A stretch of DNA of 64,000 nt, from contig NC_042999.1 in the NCBI RefSeq assembly GCF_006345805.1, positions 16,244,001 through 16,308,000 on the forward strand, in the 5' to 3' direction. A model generated the notes under the pieces. That model ran no database searches. It was given only the letters and a program-made list of their open reading frames with translations, and was not told where the DNA came from. The stretch comes from Octopus sinensis. Its lineage: Eukaryota. Below, piece by piece: positions 1 to 11,917 of this stretch (positions within the stretch are counted from its first letter, which is position 1; every line of letters starts with the position of its first letter). A program made the translations under genes and the position numbers.

Positions 1-17
1 AAAAAAAAAAAAAAAAA

Positions 18-445
18 ATAGGCGCAGGAGTGGCTGTGTGGTAAGTAGCTTGCTAACCAACCACATGGTTGCGGGTTCAGTCCCACTGCGTGGCATCTTG
101 GGCAAGTGTCTTCTGCTATAGCTCCGGGCCGACCAATGTCTTGTGAGTGGATTTGGTAGACGGAAACTGAAAGAAGCCTGTCGTATATATGTATATATAT
201 ATATATATATATATGTATATGTATATATATATGTGTGTGTGTGTGTTTGTGTGTCTGTGTTTGTCCCCCTAGCATTGTTTGACAACCGATGCTGGTGTGT
301 TTACGTCCCCGTCACTTAGCGGTTCGGCAAAAGACCGATAGAATAAGTACTGGGCTTACAAAGAATAAGTCCCGGGGTCAATTTGCTCGACTAAAGGCGG
401 TGCTCCAGCATGGCCGCAGTCAATGACTGAAACAAGTAAAGAAAA
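18..445 (+). mobile_element. SINE family A: tRNA-like head, internal (TA)/(TG) microsatellite, body, LINE-type tail (GTAAAAGA)n
   Basis: Head GTGGCTGTGTGGTAAG...GGTTCAGTCCC (A/B-box-like). Tail GCAGTCAAATGACTGAAACAAGTAAAAGA has a CAGTC/GACTG stem-loop. About 20 full or partial copies in the window. Confidence 0.85.
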
Positions 446-955
446 ATAGAAAAAAAAAGCATATCTTTGTCCAGGAAGGCCAAGCAAAATTTATATTTCT
501 CTTCTCTCTCTACTTCTTCTACATGCTACAAATACTCTGACCTTTGTTTTACAGTGCATGTTTCACTGATACACGGACAGAAGACATGCTGCGTACACCA
601 AGGATTGCTCAAAATATCATTAATGTTTCTATAGAGATTAGCAATCACCACCAGAACAATCAAATAAGCATTAAGCTTGACATCGTAAAATGGTTTTAAA
701 GTACAATCTACAACGCAAAATGCCTGAAATTGCACAAACAAAATTTGATTTAGCGGGGGGGGGGGGATAAAAAAAAACCGAAAAAAAAAACCGATATAAA
801 CTGTAAAAAAGAAGAAAGCATTTAGTAAATGTTATATTAGTGTGTGAATACGAAAGTTAATCTGTACTGGCAAGAGGTTGTTACTGATGTTTGCACTGTG
901 CACTATTGATGCGAATTAACGTGACAGTGTTTCAAACGCATAAGAAAAAAAAAAA

Positions 956-1112
956 ATAGGCGCAGAGTGGCTGTGTGGTAAGTAGCTTGCTAACCACCAC
1001 ATGTTGTGGGTTCAGTCCCACTGCGGGCATCTGGGCAAGTGTCTCTGCTATAGCTCCGGGCGACCAATGTCTTGTGAGTGGATTGGTAACGGAAACTGAA
1101 AGAAGCTGTCGA

Positions 1113-1146
<34 letters not shown>

Positions 1147-1380
1147 TATATATATGTGTGTGGTGTGTTGGTGTGTCGTGTTTGTCCCCCTAGCATTGTT
1201 TGACAACCGATGCTGGTGTGTTTACGTCCCCGTCACTTAGCGGTTCGGCAAAAGAGACCGATAGAATAAGTACTGGGCTTACAAAGAATAAGTCCCGGGG
1301 TCGATTTGATCGACTAAAGGCGGTGCTCCAGCATGGCCGCAGTCAAATGACTGAAACAAGTAAAAGAGTAAAAGAGTAAA
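956..1380 (+). mobile_element. SINE family A, near-duplicate of the 18-445 copy
   Basis: Shares private variants (GCTCCGGG, CAATGTCTTG, GCATTGTTTGAC) and an upstream poly-A with 18-445; many 1-nt deletions in the 5' half. Confidence 0.85.
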
Positions 1381-1797
1381 TAAAATAAATGCCATATCTA
1401 AAATATAATTCTCTCTGTCACATATCAAAGATGTATGAGATTCATGCTATATTTAATGGCAGGATGCAATATTGATAAAATTTTCGGTACCTTGCATCCA
1501 TTTTAAATGTTCCTTATAATATGCTATAGTATGATAAATGTGAAATGAAAAACACAGAGAGAGAGAGAGAGAGAATTTCCACAAATATAACACAAATATA
1601 ATTAAGTTATTCTAAAGTTATATTAAATTTCCTACGACTGGCAGAGCATCTGATTCTACTGGAATGTTAAAATAAATTGAAAGATATCCCATGTTCAGAA
1701 GCTGGAATATCAGCTTTGTCTTTACGTGGTTCCATTGTTTGTTGTTCAATTAGGGTATGGAACAACTGTTCATATTTACGTCTGTTATACCAGAGAT

Positions 1798-1863
1798 ATC
1801 ATCATCATCATCATCATCATCATCGTCATCATCATCATCACCATCATTGTCATCATCATCATC

Positions 1864-1911
<48 letters not shown>

Positions 1912-1929
1912 GTCATCATCATCATCATT

Positions 1930-1967
<38 letters not shown>

Positions 1968-1993
1968 TGTCATCATCATTGTCATCATCATCA

Positions 1994-2054
<61 letters not shown>

Positions 2055-2258
2055 GTCATCCTCACCATCACCATCATCATCATCATCATCATGATCATTG
2101 CTGTTCTCATCATCGTCTTTGTCGTCGTTGTCATCATCATAATCGTCATCACCATCATCATCATCAATGTCATTGCTGTTGTTCTCATCATCGTCTTTTT
2201 TGTCGTTGTCATCATCGTTGTCGTCATCATCGTCATCATCATCATCATAATCATCATT
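1798..2258. repeat. Long imperfect (CAT)n microsatellite
   Basis: Direct reading; explains the poly-H/I/S/M ORFs. Confidence 0.95.
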
Positions 2259-2612
2259 TTAATGCCCACTTCTGCATGCTCGCATAGGCCTGATGGAGTT
2301 TCTTGAGGCAGGTTTTCCATAGCAGGATGCCCTTCCTATCACCAACCCATACCTGATTCAAAGCAAGGAGAAATTTTCTCCATGGCCCTAATTCTTTTAT
2401 TTGTTTCAGTCATTTGACTGTGGCCATGCTGGAGCATCGCCTTTAGTCAAACAAATCAACTATAGGACTTATTCTTTGTAAGCTTAGTACTTATTCTATT
2501 GGTCTCTTTTGCCGAACAGCTAAGTTACAGGGACGTGAACACACCAACATCAGTTGTCAAGCAATGGGTGGGGGGAACACAGACACAAACACACAAACAT
2601 ACACATATATTA

Positions 2613-2845
2613 AGGGCAGTGAGCTGGCAGAATTGTTAGCATGCCGGGTGAAATGCTTAGTGGTATTTCGTCTGCTGTTACGTTCTGAGTTCAAACTCCG
2701 CCGAGGTCGACTTTGCCTTTCATCCATTTGGGTTTGATTAAATAAGAACCAGTTACACACTGAGGTCGATGTAATTGATGTAATCCCTTTGTCTGTCCTT
2801 GTTTGTCTCCTCTATGTTTAGCCGCCTGTGGGCAATAAAGAAATA
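2613..2845 (+). mobile_element. SINE family B (tRNA head plus CORE-like domain; resembles octopus OR-type CORE-SINEs)
   Basis: AAGGGCAGTGAGCTGGCAGA...GAGTTCAAA...GAGGTCGACTTTGCCTTTCATCC...AATAAGAACCAG...GGGCAATAAAGAAATA. Family name is from recall, not a database search. Confidence 0.8.
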
Positions 2846-2862
2846 CATACATATATGTATAT

Positions 2863-2907
<45 letters not shown>

Positions 2908-3211
2908 GCAATAAAAATGGTAAATAATTTTTCAGTGGTTTTTCATATAACCAACAATTATTTACCGGTAAATTTCGGTATGTAAATATGACAAATTCAT
3001 TGTCAGGAACTTCTGTAAAGTTCAGTATATAGTAAAAATAATTAAAAGGGCTAGCAACAGGCTGCTTCGCCGCAGACCGAAGGAATTAGAAATGGCAGTC
3101 AAAGACTGTTTTTTACATTTTCTATAAGTGGAGATTCCAAATACGATGGACCCCGCGATTCACATACGCAAAATCGGAGTAGCAAATAAACGAAAACAAT
3201 CTCTTACCGTT

Positions 3212-3277
3212 AATAGCGAACATGTTTCTAGATCACAAGCTCGGAAAATAGCTTGATTTCCTTCGTCAACACTATAT
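3212..3277 (-). ncRNA. Minimal type-I hammerhead-like motif (core variant UUGACGA)
   Basis: Minus strand: AUAGUG-UUGACGA-stem II hairpin-GAAA-CAUG-UU/CGCUAU; palindromic stem III AACAUGUU; C3 replaced by U. Confidence 0.5.
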
Positions 3278-3969
3278 TCGATAGATTTACCAAATGCCAC
3301 AGGCCCTCACCTCTGACCAAGCGACATCAGATAGTGGGGGGAAGTGTGCAGATGTTAAAACTAAGTAATGACTGGGAACGTAAATTCTCCCTCCAAAATT
3401 CTGCCATGCACGCCGTCTGGGTGATCGCAATGGAATAAGAAATACACATGGTAATGCAATAAAAATGGTAAATAATTTTTCAGTGGTTTTTCGTATAACC
3501 AACAATTATTTACCGGTAAATTTCGGTATGTAAATATGACAAATTCATCGTCAGGAACTTTTGTAAAGTTCAGTATATAGTAAAAATAATTAATAATTAA
3601 TAAAAATAATTAATTCCCTCGGTATGCGGCGGAGCAGCCTGTTGCTAGCCCTTTTAATTATTTTTACTATATACTGAACTTTACAAAAGTTCCTGACGAT
3701 GAATTTGTCATATTTACATACCGAAATTTACCGGTAAATAATTGTTGGTTATACGAAAAACCACTGAAAAATTATTTACCATTTTTATTGCATTACCATG
3801 TGGATTTCTTATTCCATTGCGATCACCCAGACGGCGCGCATGGCAGAATTTTGGAGGGAGAATTTACGTTCCCAGTCATTACTTAGTTTTAACATCTGCA
3901 CACTTCCCCCCACTATCTGATGTCGCTTGGTCAGAGGTGAGGGCCTGTGGCATTTGGTAAATCTATCGA

Positions 3970-4036
3970 ATATAGTGTTGACGAAGGAAATCAAGCTATT
4001 TTCTGAGCTTGTGATCTAGAAACATGTTCACTATTA
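3970..4036 (+). ncRNA. Minimal type-I hammerhead-like motif (core variant UUGACGA)
   Basis: ATAGTG TTGACGA AGGAAATCAAGCT..AGCTTGTGATCTA GAAA CATG TT CACTAT; stem I is a perfect 6 bp (G.U in the other arm, U-A here). Confidence 0.55.
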
Positions 4037-4142
4037 ACGGTAAGAGATTGTTTTCGTTTATTAGCTACTCCGATTTTGCGTATGTGAATCGCGGGGTCCA
4101 TCGTATTTGGAATCTCCATTTATGGAAAATGAAAAAACAGTC

Positions 4143-4181
<39 letters not shown>

Positions 4182-4192
4182 TATACATATAT

Positions 4193-4241
<49 letters not shown>

Positions 4242-5517
4242 TATCTATCTATATATATATGCTTGTCCAAGGTGCCATGCAGTGGGACTGAGCCCGGAAC
4301 CATGTTGTTGGGAAGCCAGCTACTTACCACTCAGCCACATCTGCACCTATAGCTACTTCTGTACATATGAATTCAGAATATTAGAAAGGAATGATTTTTA
4401 GTTAAATCAATTACTCTCTCTCTCTCTCTATCCCTCTTTCTCACAACACACACATGCACACATATTCGTATACATATGATGGGCTTCTTTCAGTTTCCAT
4501 ATACTAAATTCACTCATATGTCTTTGATTGGTCCAGAGTTATAGTAGAAGGCCTTTGCCCAAGGTGCCATGCAGCAAGATTGAACCCAGAACCATGTGGT
4601 TGGGAAGCAAACACAGGTAAAACAGAATAAATGTTGAGGATGATGATGATGGTGATGATACATTCATTAGATACTGATTCCACCAATTATAACAGGTATG
4701 ACGAGGGAAAAATATTTATTACGAATGCGTGGGCAGTTACAATTAGCTTGTATAATTGATCAGCAATTAGTTTCCCTAGCTGTGCTCAAATCATTAATCT
4801 TAATGATGTTGCTAATTATCATGATCAAATTAGAAAAAAAAAATGATAAAATTCTGCAAAATATGTATTTGTGGTATTTGTTCTGAGACTTTGTATTCTG
4901 GATTCAAATTCTGCCAAGGACAAATTTGTCTTGTATTCCTTTAGGGATGGTAAAATAAAGTATCTGCTAATTACAGGGGCAAGTGATGTTAACAAACTCC
5001 TTATCATCAAAACTGCAGAATGAGACAACTGGGCGTAGCTCTTTGGGCACCGATGATCTGGCATGGCTGACCAGACATTTGATCATTTTTTTCTAGTGAC
5101 AGTGCTATTTGGCACTGGAGGCAAACACACACACACACACACACACACAGACAAGCACACACACACACACAGACAAGCACAGACACACATATACACGCAT
5201 ATACATATACATGCATACACATAAAAATACACATACAGATAGAGATACAGAGAAAGAGGGAGGGGGCGAGAGAGAAAAGGAGAGAGAGAGAGAGAGAGAG
5301 AGAGAGTGAGAACAATAGAAGTACTGGTTTTCAAAATTTTGGCACAAGGTCAGCAATTTCGTGGGAGGTGTAAGTCAGTTGCATCGACCCTCTGTGTTCA
5401 ACTGGTATTTATACTATTGTTGTAATGCCAATATTCATGATGATACATTTTTTACACTATAACCGTGTAGTAACAGTAAAATATATAACAAAGCAGGGTA
5501 AGGACAACGTAACAATC

Positions 5518-5645
5518 CAACAAATGCTCCATGATCTATACACAAACCAACAAATGTTCTACAATCTATACCAGAACCAACAAATGCACCACAATCTATA
5601 CACGACCCAAACAAATGCACCACAATCTATACACGACCCAACAAA
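5518..5645. repeat. 30-bp minisatellite, about 4 units
   Basis: CAACAAATGCACCACAATCTATACACGACC-like units at 5518, 5548, 5578, 5608. Confidence 0.85.
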
Positions 5646-5999
5646 CAATATTCCAACAAACTGCCAAAACGACACCTTATGACTTCCTGTGATTAATGCT
5701 GCTCTCCCTCTTTCTCACTCATACCACTATTATTTATAATCATTCAGTCAGTCTAGTCTCACAGCGGGTATCATGACTCTCGCCACAACGGTTATCAATT
5801 CTGAAAGGATGAGAGACAAATTCTACTCCAGCACCATTTGAAGTCAGAACATCAGTTCAGAAGAACTGCATTAAGCATTTAGGTACATTAACCCTTCCTA
5901 CCCAACTGGTACCTATTTTATCAAACCTGAAAGGATGAAAGGCAATGCAAGGTGAAGAAAGTGGAGGCACATGGCTTACTGGTAAGGGTATTGGATTCA

Positions 6000-6606
6000 T
6001 CATAACGTCCGCTTTCAATGCTGGGATAGGTTGGACGGTTTGACTGGGGGGACTGGTGAACCAGATGGCTGCACCAGGGTCCAATCTGATCTGGTAGAGT
6101 TTCTCCAGCTGGATGCCCTTCCTAACGCAAACCACTCTGAAAGTGTAGTGGGTGCTTTTACATGCCACCAGCATGAGGGCCAGTCAGGTGGTACTGGCAA
6201 CGGCCACACTCAAATGGTGTTTTTACATGTCACCTGCACAGGAGCCAGTCCTTTGACACTGGCAACGCCCTCACTCGAATGCTGTTTTTCACATACCACC
6301 AGCACAAGCGCCAGTGGGGCGATGTTGATAACGATCCTGCTCAAATGGTGCTTATTACGTGCCACTTGCATGGGGGGCCAGTTAGCAGCCTTGGCAATGA
6401 TCACACTCAGATGGTGCTCTTAGAGCTCCACTAGCATGGGTGCCAGTCATATGGTGCTGTCATCGAATTTGATTTCGATTTCACTTGCCTCAACAGGTCT
6501 TCGCAATACAGTTTAGTGTCCAACGAAAGAAAGGTACGCCTAAGTGGGCTGGTTACACCACTGGCATAGGCCATGGGTTATGGTCTCACTTGGCTTGCCA
6601 GGTCTT
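6000..6606 (-). mobile_element. SINE-like family C (GGAAGGGCATCCAGC motif, internal tandem repeats, ...GGACGTTAAAC(GAT)n tail), long copy
   Basis: Reverse complement of the family tail at about 6000; 5' extension to 6606 includes GCGAAGACCTGTTGAGGCAAGTG. About 13 copies in the window. RTE affinity is inference from the tail form. Confidence 0.75.
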
Positions 6607-8929
6607 GATTGTAAGATTGTGGTTTCGATTTCTGGACTGGGCGACATGTTGTGTCCCTCAGTCAAAACCGTCCAACCAATGCTAGCATGGAAAACGGACG
6701 TTAAATGATGATGATGATGATAATGATATATATATATATATATTTCAAAAGGAAAAAGGGGTTGAGTACATTTTGAGTGATGGGCCTCACAGAGGCAATG
6801 ACTGAGGCCTTTGATACCATGTCATGCTTGAGAAGAAGACCCATGGAGCTGAACAGGTATATTAAATGTACCATAATTTCACCTGTGTATATTCAGGGAA
6901 AAGAAATTAGGGTATTGAAGCATATAATATAGTCCCAACTTCACATATAGAACCAGGAGTATTTTCCTATGACACATTTTGAAAAAAAAGTGCATCTTAA
7001 ATGCCATCAACTATGGCACATATTTGATATTCAAACCATGTAATTCTTCAAACATATCATGGTAATATAGTGATATTCTCTTTTGAAGGTTGTTTTATTG
7101 GTTAAATACTAATGGTAAATGGAGTCACCAATGATAACGTTCAGAGGAAGATTGGTGTAATCTATTGTTCAGAGCGCATTTTGGTAGTTAGTGTCTGCAA
7201 CATAGAAAGTACTCTCGGTCAATATAAGATACAATATGCTTTATACATAGATATAAAATCTCCAGAGATTCACAACAGATTGTGCTCATGATTAGAACAA
7301 TTTAGTCTTATGGTTTGGTCTAGACTAATGGAAGCATTTATACTTTACTATTACATTTAAAATTTGTTACTGGTTTTTTTTTCTCTATTTTTTTTTTTTA
7401 TTCTTTTGGCTGAAATTGATAAAAAAATGTTTGAGCTTATTACTAGAGTAACAGACCTAAATAATAAAAGCAAAAACGATGGCTTACTTTAATTCTCTGC
7501 AGAAATCAATTGAGGAGAGATTACTGGTTGTCGAAACATATACAACAGTGTTAAAAAATTATGTTTTATTGCAACGCAGCAACATACTGTGTATATATAT
7601 ACTTATATTTACTCACTGTTAGATGATGGTTATCTACAATATCCTAACTAATTATTTTCTTGCAAAAACCACCCACCAAAAAAACAGAAAATCGCAAAAA
7701 AACCCAAAAAAAAACAAAAAAAAACATAACAAAATAACCTCGTCCCCAAGGGGGGAAAAAAAAAAAGGAAATGTGATAATTCAGAAAACGAAAATTAATA
7801 AGATAATTTCAAAGCACGTGTCGTTATTTGAAACCTTTCTTCATGGGTATTAATAATGATATGGGAAGGCAGCAAAATATAAAGTAAATAGATATTTAAA
7901 AATAATCAATAATATGAATATTAAATTAAGGTTATCATACGTAGCATCTCTAGCTTATGATTTGGTAATTTATAACACTTTATGAGGTTTCTATCAACCA
8001 ACCAGATATGCCTCGTTTAGTTTTGTTATAATTAATGGACAACATAACACTAATAATTGGAATCCATTATTCTCATACAACATATTAGGCTAAATATTTG
8101 TTAATGGAGTTTCTGTTCATTTATTTTCCAGTTCCTATGTATATTACAGGAAATGGCAAGTATCTTGATATTTTCAAAAATTATCAAGTGGACTTTTTCT
8201 ATCAGTGAAATGTTTGCTTTGGGGAAAATGAAAGGGAGAATGTGGATCGTTAAAGGCATTTATAGCAGATGTTATCATCATCAGTTTCAGGTATTGGCAC
8301 AAAGTCAGGAATTTCGGAAGAGGTGCTAAGTCGCTTACATCGACCCCCACTCCTCAGCTGGTACCTATTTTATTGACCCCACCAAAAGGATGAAAGGCAA
8401 AATCGACCGTGGTAGAATTTGAACTCAGAATGTAAAGATGGACAAAGTTCCACTAAGCATTTTGTCCAGAGTGCTAATGATTCTGCCAGCTTGCCACCTA
8501 AAAGCTATCGTTATTCTTTTGCTTGTTTCAGGCGTCTGTCAGTGGCCATGCTGGAGCACCACCTTCAGTTGAACAAATCGACCCCAGGACTTATTCTTTG
8601 TAAGCCCAGTACTTATTCTATTTGTCTCTTTTGCAGAACAGCTAAGTTACGGGGGACATAAACGCACTGACATCAGTTGTTAAGTGATGGTGGTGGTGAG
8701 GGGACAAATACAGATACACAAAAACATACACACACACACACACACACGCACTCACACACACACACACGCACACACACACGCACACACACACACACACACA
8801 TTTGGAATGACATATACTTTTGGAATGACCAATTTTAAACTCTATTGGATTTTAAGGTATTGGAATATTATATATATACCATTCTGCCTAAAAAAATGGA
8901 TCTACAAATGCAATATCCCTACATATCTC

Positions 8930-9148
8930 ACATCTAATAGCATGCCGGGCGAAATGCGTAGCCATATTTCGTCTGCCGTTACATTCTGGGTTCAAATTCC
9001 GCCGAGGTCGACTTTGCCTTTCATCCTTTCGGGGTCGATAAATTAAGTACCAGTTATGCACTGGGGTCGATGTAATCAACTTAATCCGTTTGTCTGTCTT
9101 TGTTTGTCCCCTCTGTGTTTAGCCCCTTGTGGGTAGTAAAGAAATATA
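8930..9148 (+). mobile_element. SINE family B
   Basis: Near-consensus body ending GGGTAGTAAAGAAATA. Confidence 0.8.
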
Positions 9149-9223
9149 TTTTCTTTTATTTCCTCCACCTCACTCTCTATTTTACATCTTATCTAAATTA
9201 ACTATTACTTAACCATCCTCTCA

Positions 9224-9277
9224 CACCACTCCGATGAAGGGATATAATAAATATCCTGGAAACAGCAGTAAGACTGT
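9224..9277 (+). ncRNA. Degenerate hammerhead-like motif
   Basis: CCGATGA-A-GGGATAT/ATATCC hairpin-GAAA-CAGCAG-TA; U4 replaced by C and stem I not evident. Confidence 0.3.
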
Positions 9278-10079
9278 CTATCTATAAATATTCTAAAGTC
9301 TACACAGCCTTGGTTTTTTTTATCTCATTACGAAATAAAAAAATTTTATATATATATATATGTATATACAGCTGGATGACCTTCCTGTCATCAACCCTTA
9401 TCTGTTTCTAAGTAAAGTAACATTACCCCATGGCCAGGAATGCCTTGGAAGATTGGAAAGGAAAGATAACTCAAGAGTAACAGTGGCAGTTACAACTATC
9501 ATGTGGTGTCAAGGCAAGGAGATGCTAACACTAACACACGCACACACATACACATACACACACACACACATAAATGACATGCAGGCTTCTTTCAGTTTCT
9601 TTCGGTTTTTGCATACTAAATCCACTCACAAAGCTTTGGTCTGTCCATGGCTATAGTAGAAGACATTTGCACTAGGTGCCATGCAGTGGGACTGAACCCA
9701 GACTCATGCAATTTGGAACCAAACTTCATACCACACAGCTACACCAGCACCTAGCTACACCTGTACACAGCCACACATGCTCATTGCCACACCTGTTCAT
9801 AGCTACACCTGCATCTATCAGCAACTGAAATGCGATGTGCTAATTTATTATTTTCCGTGTATAAAATAATTATGGTCGTGCTGGTATTCAGTGAATCTGT
9901 CATGCAATTATTTAATCTAATACTACCGATTCCTACACTGTTTATTTGTAAGACTTTGAATTCTGCAATTCTAATTTTCTTTGGATTTTATTGATCTTTC
10001 ATTTCTGTATTTTGCTTACAAGATTTTTGATGTGAACTCGTGTGTTGAAATATATTTTTTAAAAATCTTTATTCGAGTG

Positions 10080-10430
10080 TGATCGTTGCCAGAGCAGCTA
10101 ACTGGCTTCTGTGCCTGAGGCACGTAAAAGACACCATTCGAGCGTGATCATTACCAGCATCACCTTACTGGCACCTGTGCCGGTGGCATGTGCAAAAGAT
10201 TCGAGCAAGGTCCTTGCCAGTGCCGCCTGACTGGCCCCGTGCTGGTGGCACATAAAAGCACCCACTACACTCTCGGAGTAGTTGGCGTTAGGAAGGGCAT
10301 CCAGCTGTAGAAACTCCGCCAGATCAAAATTGAAGCCTGGTGCAGCCATCTGGTTCGCTAGCCCTCAGTCATACATCCAACCCATGCTAGCATGTAAAGC
10401 AGACGTTAAACGACGATGATGATGATGATG
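10080..10430 (+). mobile_element. SINE-like family C
   Basis: GTTGGCGTTAGGAAGGGCATCCAGCTGTAGAAAC...CCAACCCATGCTAGCATG...GACGTTAAAC(GAT)n. Confidence 0.8.
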
Positions 10431-11024
10431 AAAGTTATTATGGCAATAAAAACTCACAGCATAAGGACCTTTCTAACATGCAACAAAATATTGATTTTTA
10501 ATAACCCTTGATTGGTGCTGATTCCATATAAAAGTCACTGGTACTGGTTCTATATGTAAAAATTATTGATACTTATTTCTTTACTGCCCACAAGGGGCTA
10601 CACACAGAGGGGACAAACAAGGACAGACAAACAGATTAAGTCAATTATATCGACCCCAGTGCGTAACTGGTACTTATTTAATCAACCCCAAAAGGACGAA
10701 AGGCAAAGTCAACCTCGGCGGAATTTGAACTCAGAACTACTGCTAAACATTTCGCCTGGCATACAAACGCTTCTGCCAGCTCACCACCTTAAAATCATTG
10801 CTACTGGTGCCACATAAAAAGCACCCAGTACACTCTGTAAAGTGGTCGGCATTAGGAAGGGTATTTAGTTATAGAAACTATGCTGAAACAGACAAGTGGA
10901 GCCTGGTGTAGGCCCTGGCCTTGCCAGCTATTGTCAAACTGTCCAACTGTTCAACTGTCCAACCATGCCCCAGCATGGTCGCAGCTTATGTGTTGAAACA
11001 AGTAAAAGATTAAAAGATTAAAAT

Positions 11025-11450
11025 AGGCATAGGAGTGGCTGTGTGGTAAGTAGCTTGCTTACAAACCACATAGTTCCGGGTTCAGTCCCATTGCGTGGCA
11101 CCTTGGGCAAGTGTCTTCTACTATAGCCTCGGGCTGACCAAAACTTTGTGAGTGGATTTGGTAGATGGAAACTGAAAAGAAGCCCGTTGTATATATGTAT
11201 ATGTATATATATGTGTATGTGTGTGTATATATTTGTGTGTCTGTGTTTGTCCCACCAACATTGCTTGACAGCCGATATTGGTGTGTTTACGTCCCCGTAA
11301 CTTAGCGGTTCGGCAAAAGAGACTGATAGAATAAGTACTAGGCTTACAAAGAATAAGTCCTGGGGTCAATTTGCTCGACTAAAGGCGGTGCTCCAGCACA
11401 GCCACAGTCACATGACTGAAGCAAGTAAAAGAGTAAAGAGATAAAGAGAT
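11025..11450 (+). mobile_element. SINE family A, full length
   Basis: Head, microsatellite, body and tail all present. Confidence 0.85.
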
Positions 11451-11599
11451 AAAGATAGTTTAACACTTTCCATCAAAGAATTTAATGTGCATAGAAAATG
11501 TACATTAAACGATCAACTGACCTGAGTCTTCCCCTGGTTCTATAACACAAACTTACTTCTTTAAAGGGACTTTTGCCATCCATATTTCGGATCAGATAC

Positions 11600-11884
11600 T
11601 ATAATAGTTTAGGGTTCAAAGGCCCAGAGACCTACATGCTGTGGATATAGTTGTTTTCAAGAAGCAACTGTATCATCTGCTTTCTAGAAGTCTTGATGAG
11701 CCAAAACTCACAACTTGGTGAGCCAAGACTCCCAACAAGACTGACAACTGACAAGAGCAGCCCCTCAAAAACCCTTATTCACTAAATGCCAATTAAAGAA
11801 GAATGAAGTGTAGCAACACCAGTGGTGGTGCCTCATCATGGTCACAGCTTATGTGTTGAAACAAGTAAAAGATTAAAAAGATAA
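11600..11884 (+). mobile_element. CR1/L2-group LINE 3' remnant whose tail matches SINE family A
   Basis: Translates YYNSLGFKGP...LHAVDIVVFKKQLYHLLSRSLDEPKL, an ORF2 C-terminus pattern (F-K-x-x-L-D...P-D-E-P). Tail GGTGCCTCATCATGGTCACAGC..TGAAACAAGTAAAAGATTAAAAAGAT. Confidence 0.6.
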
Positions 11885-11917
11885 AGATAGTTTAACACTT
11901 TCCATCAAGGAGTAATG

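Larger units (their letters stand above)
2905..4145. mobile_element. Fold-back element built from a 548-bp unit, with a hammerhead in each arm (PLE- or retrozyme-like)
   Basis: Direct repeat period 548 (AATGCAATAAAAATGG at 2905 and 3453). 3612-4145 is the reverse complement of a permuted unit. Both ends abut (TA)n. Confidence 0.75.

Noticed and set aside
526-741. 71-aa ORF with splice-like flanks
   Set aside because: No recognisable homology, and it lies in a stretch that looks poorly polished.
1677-2320. Poly-His/Ile/Ser/Met ORFs, and similar YI/CV/TH-rich ORFs across the window
   Set aside because: They are translations of CAT, AAT, TA, CA and TG microsatellites.
3685-3745. Second hammerhead-like CTGACGA...GAAA with palindromic TTTACCGGTAAA
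   Set aside because: Stem I cannot form and six unpaired nucleotides precede GAAA.
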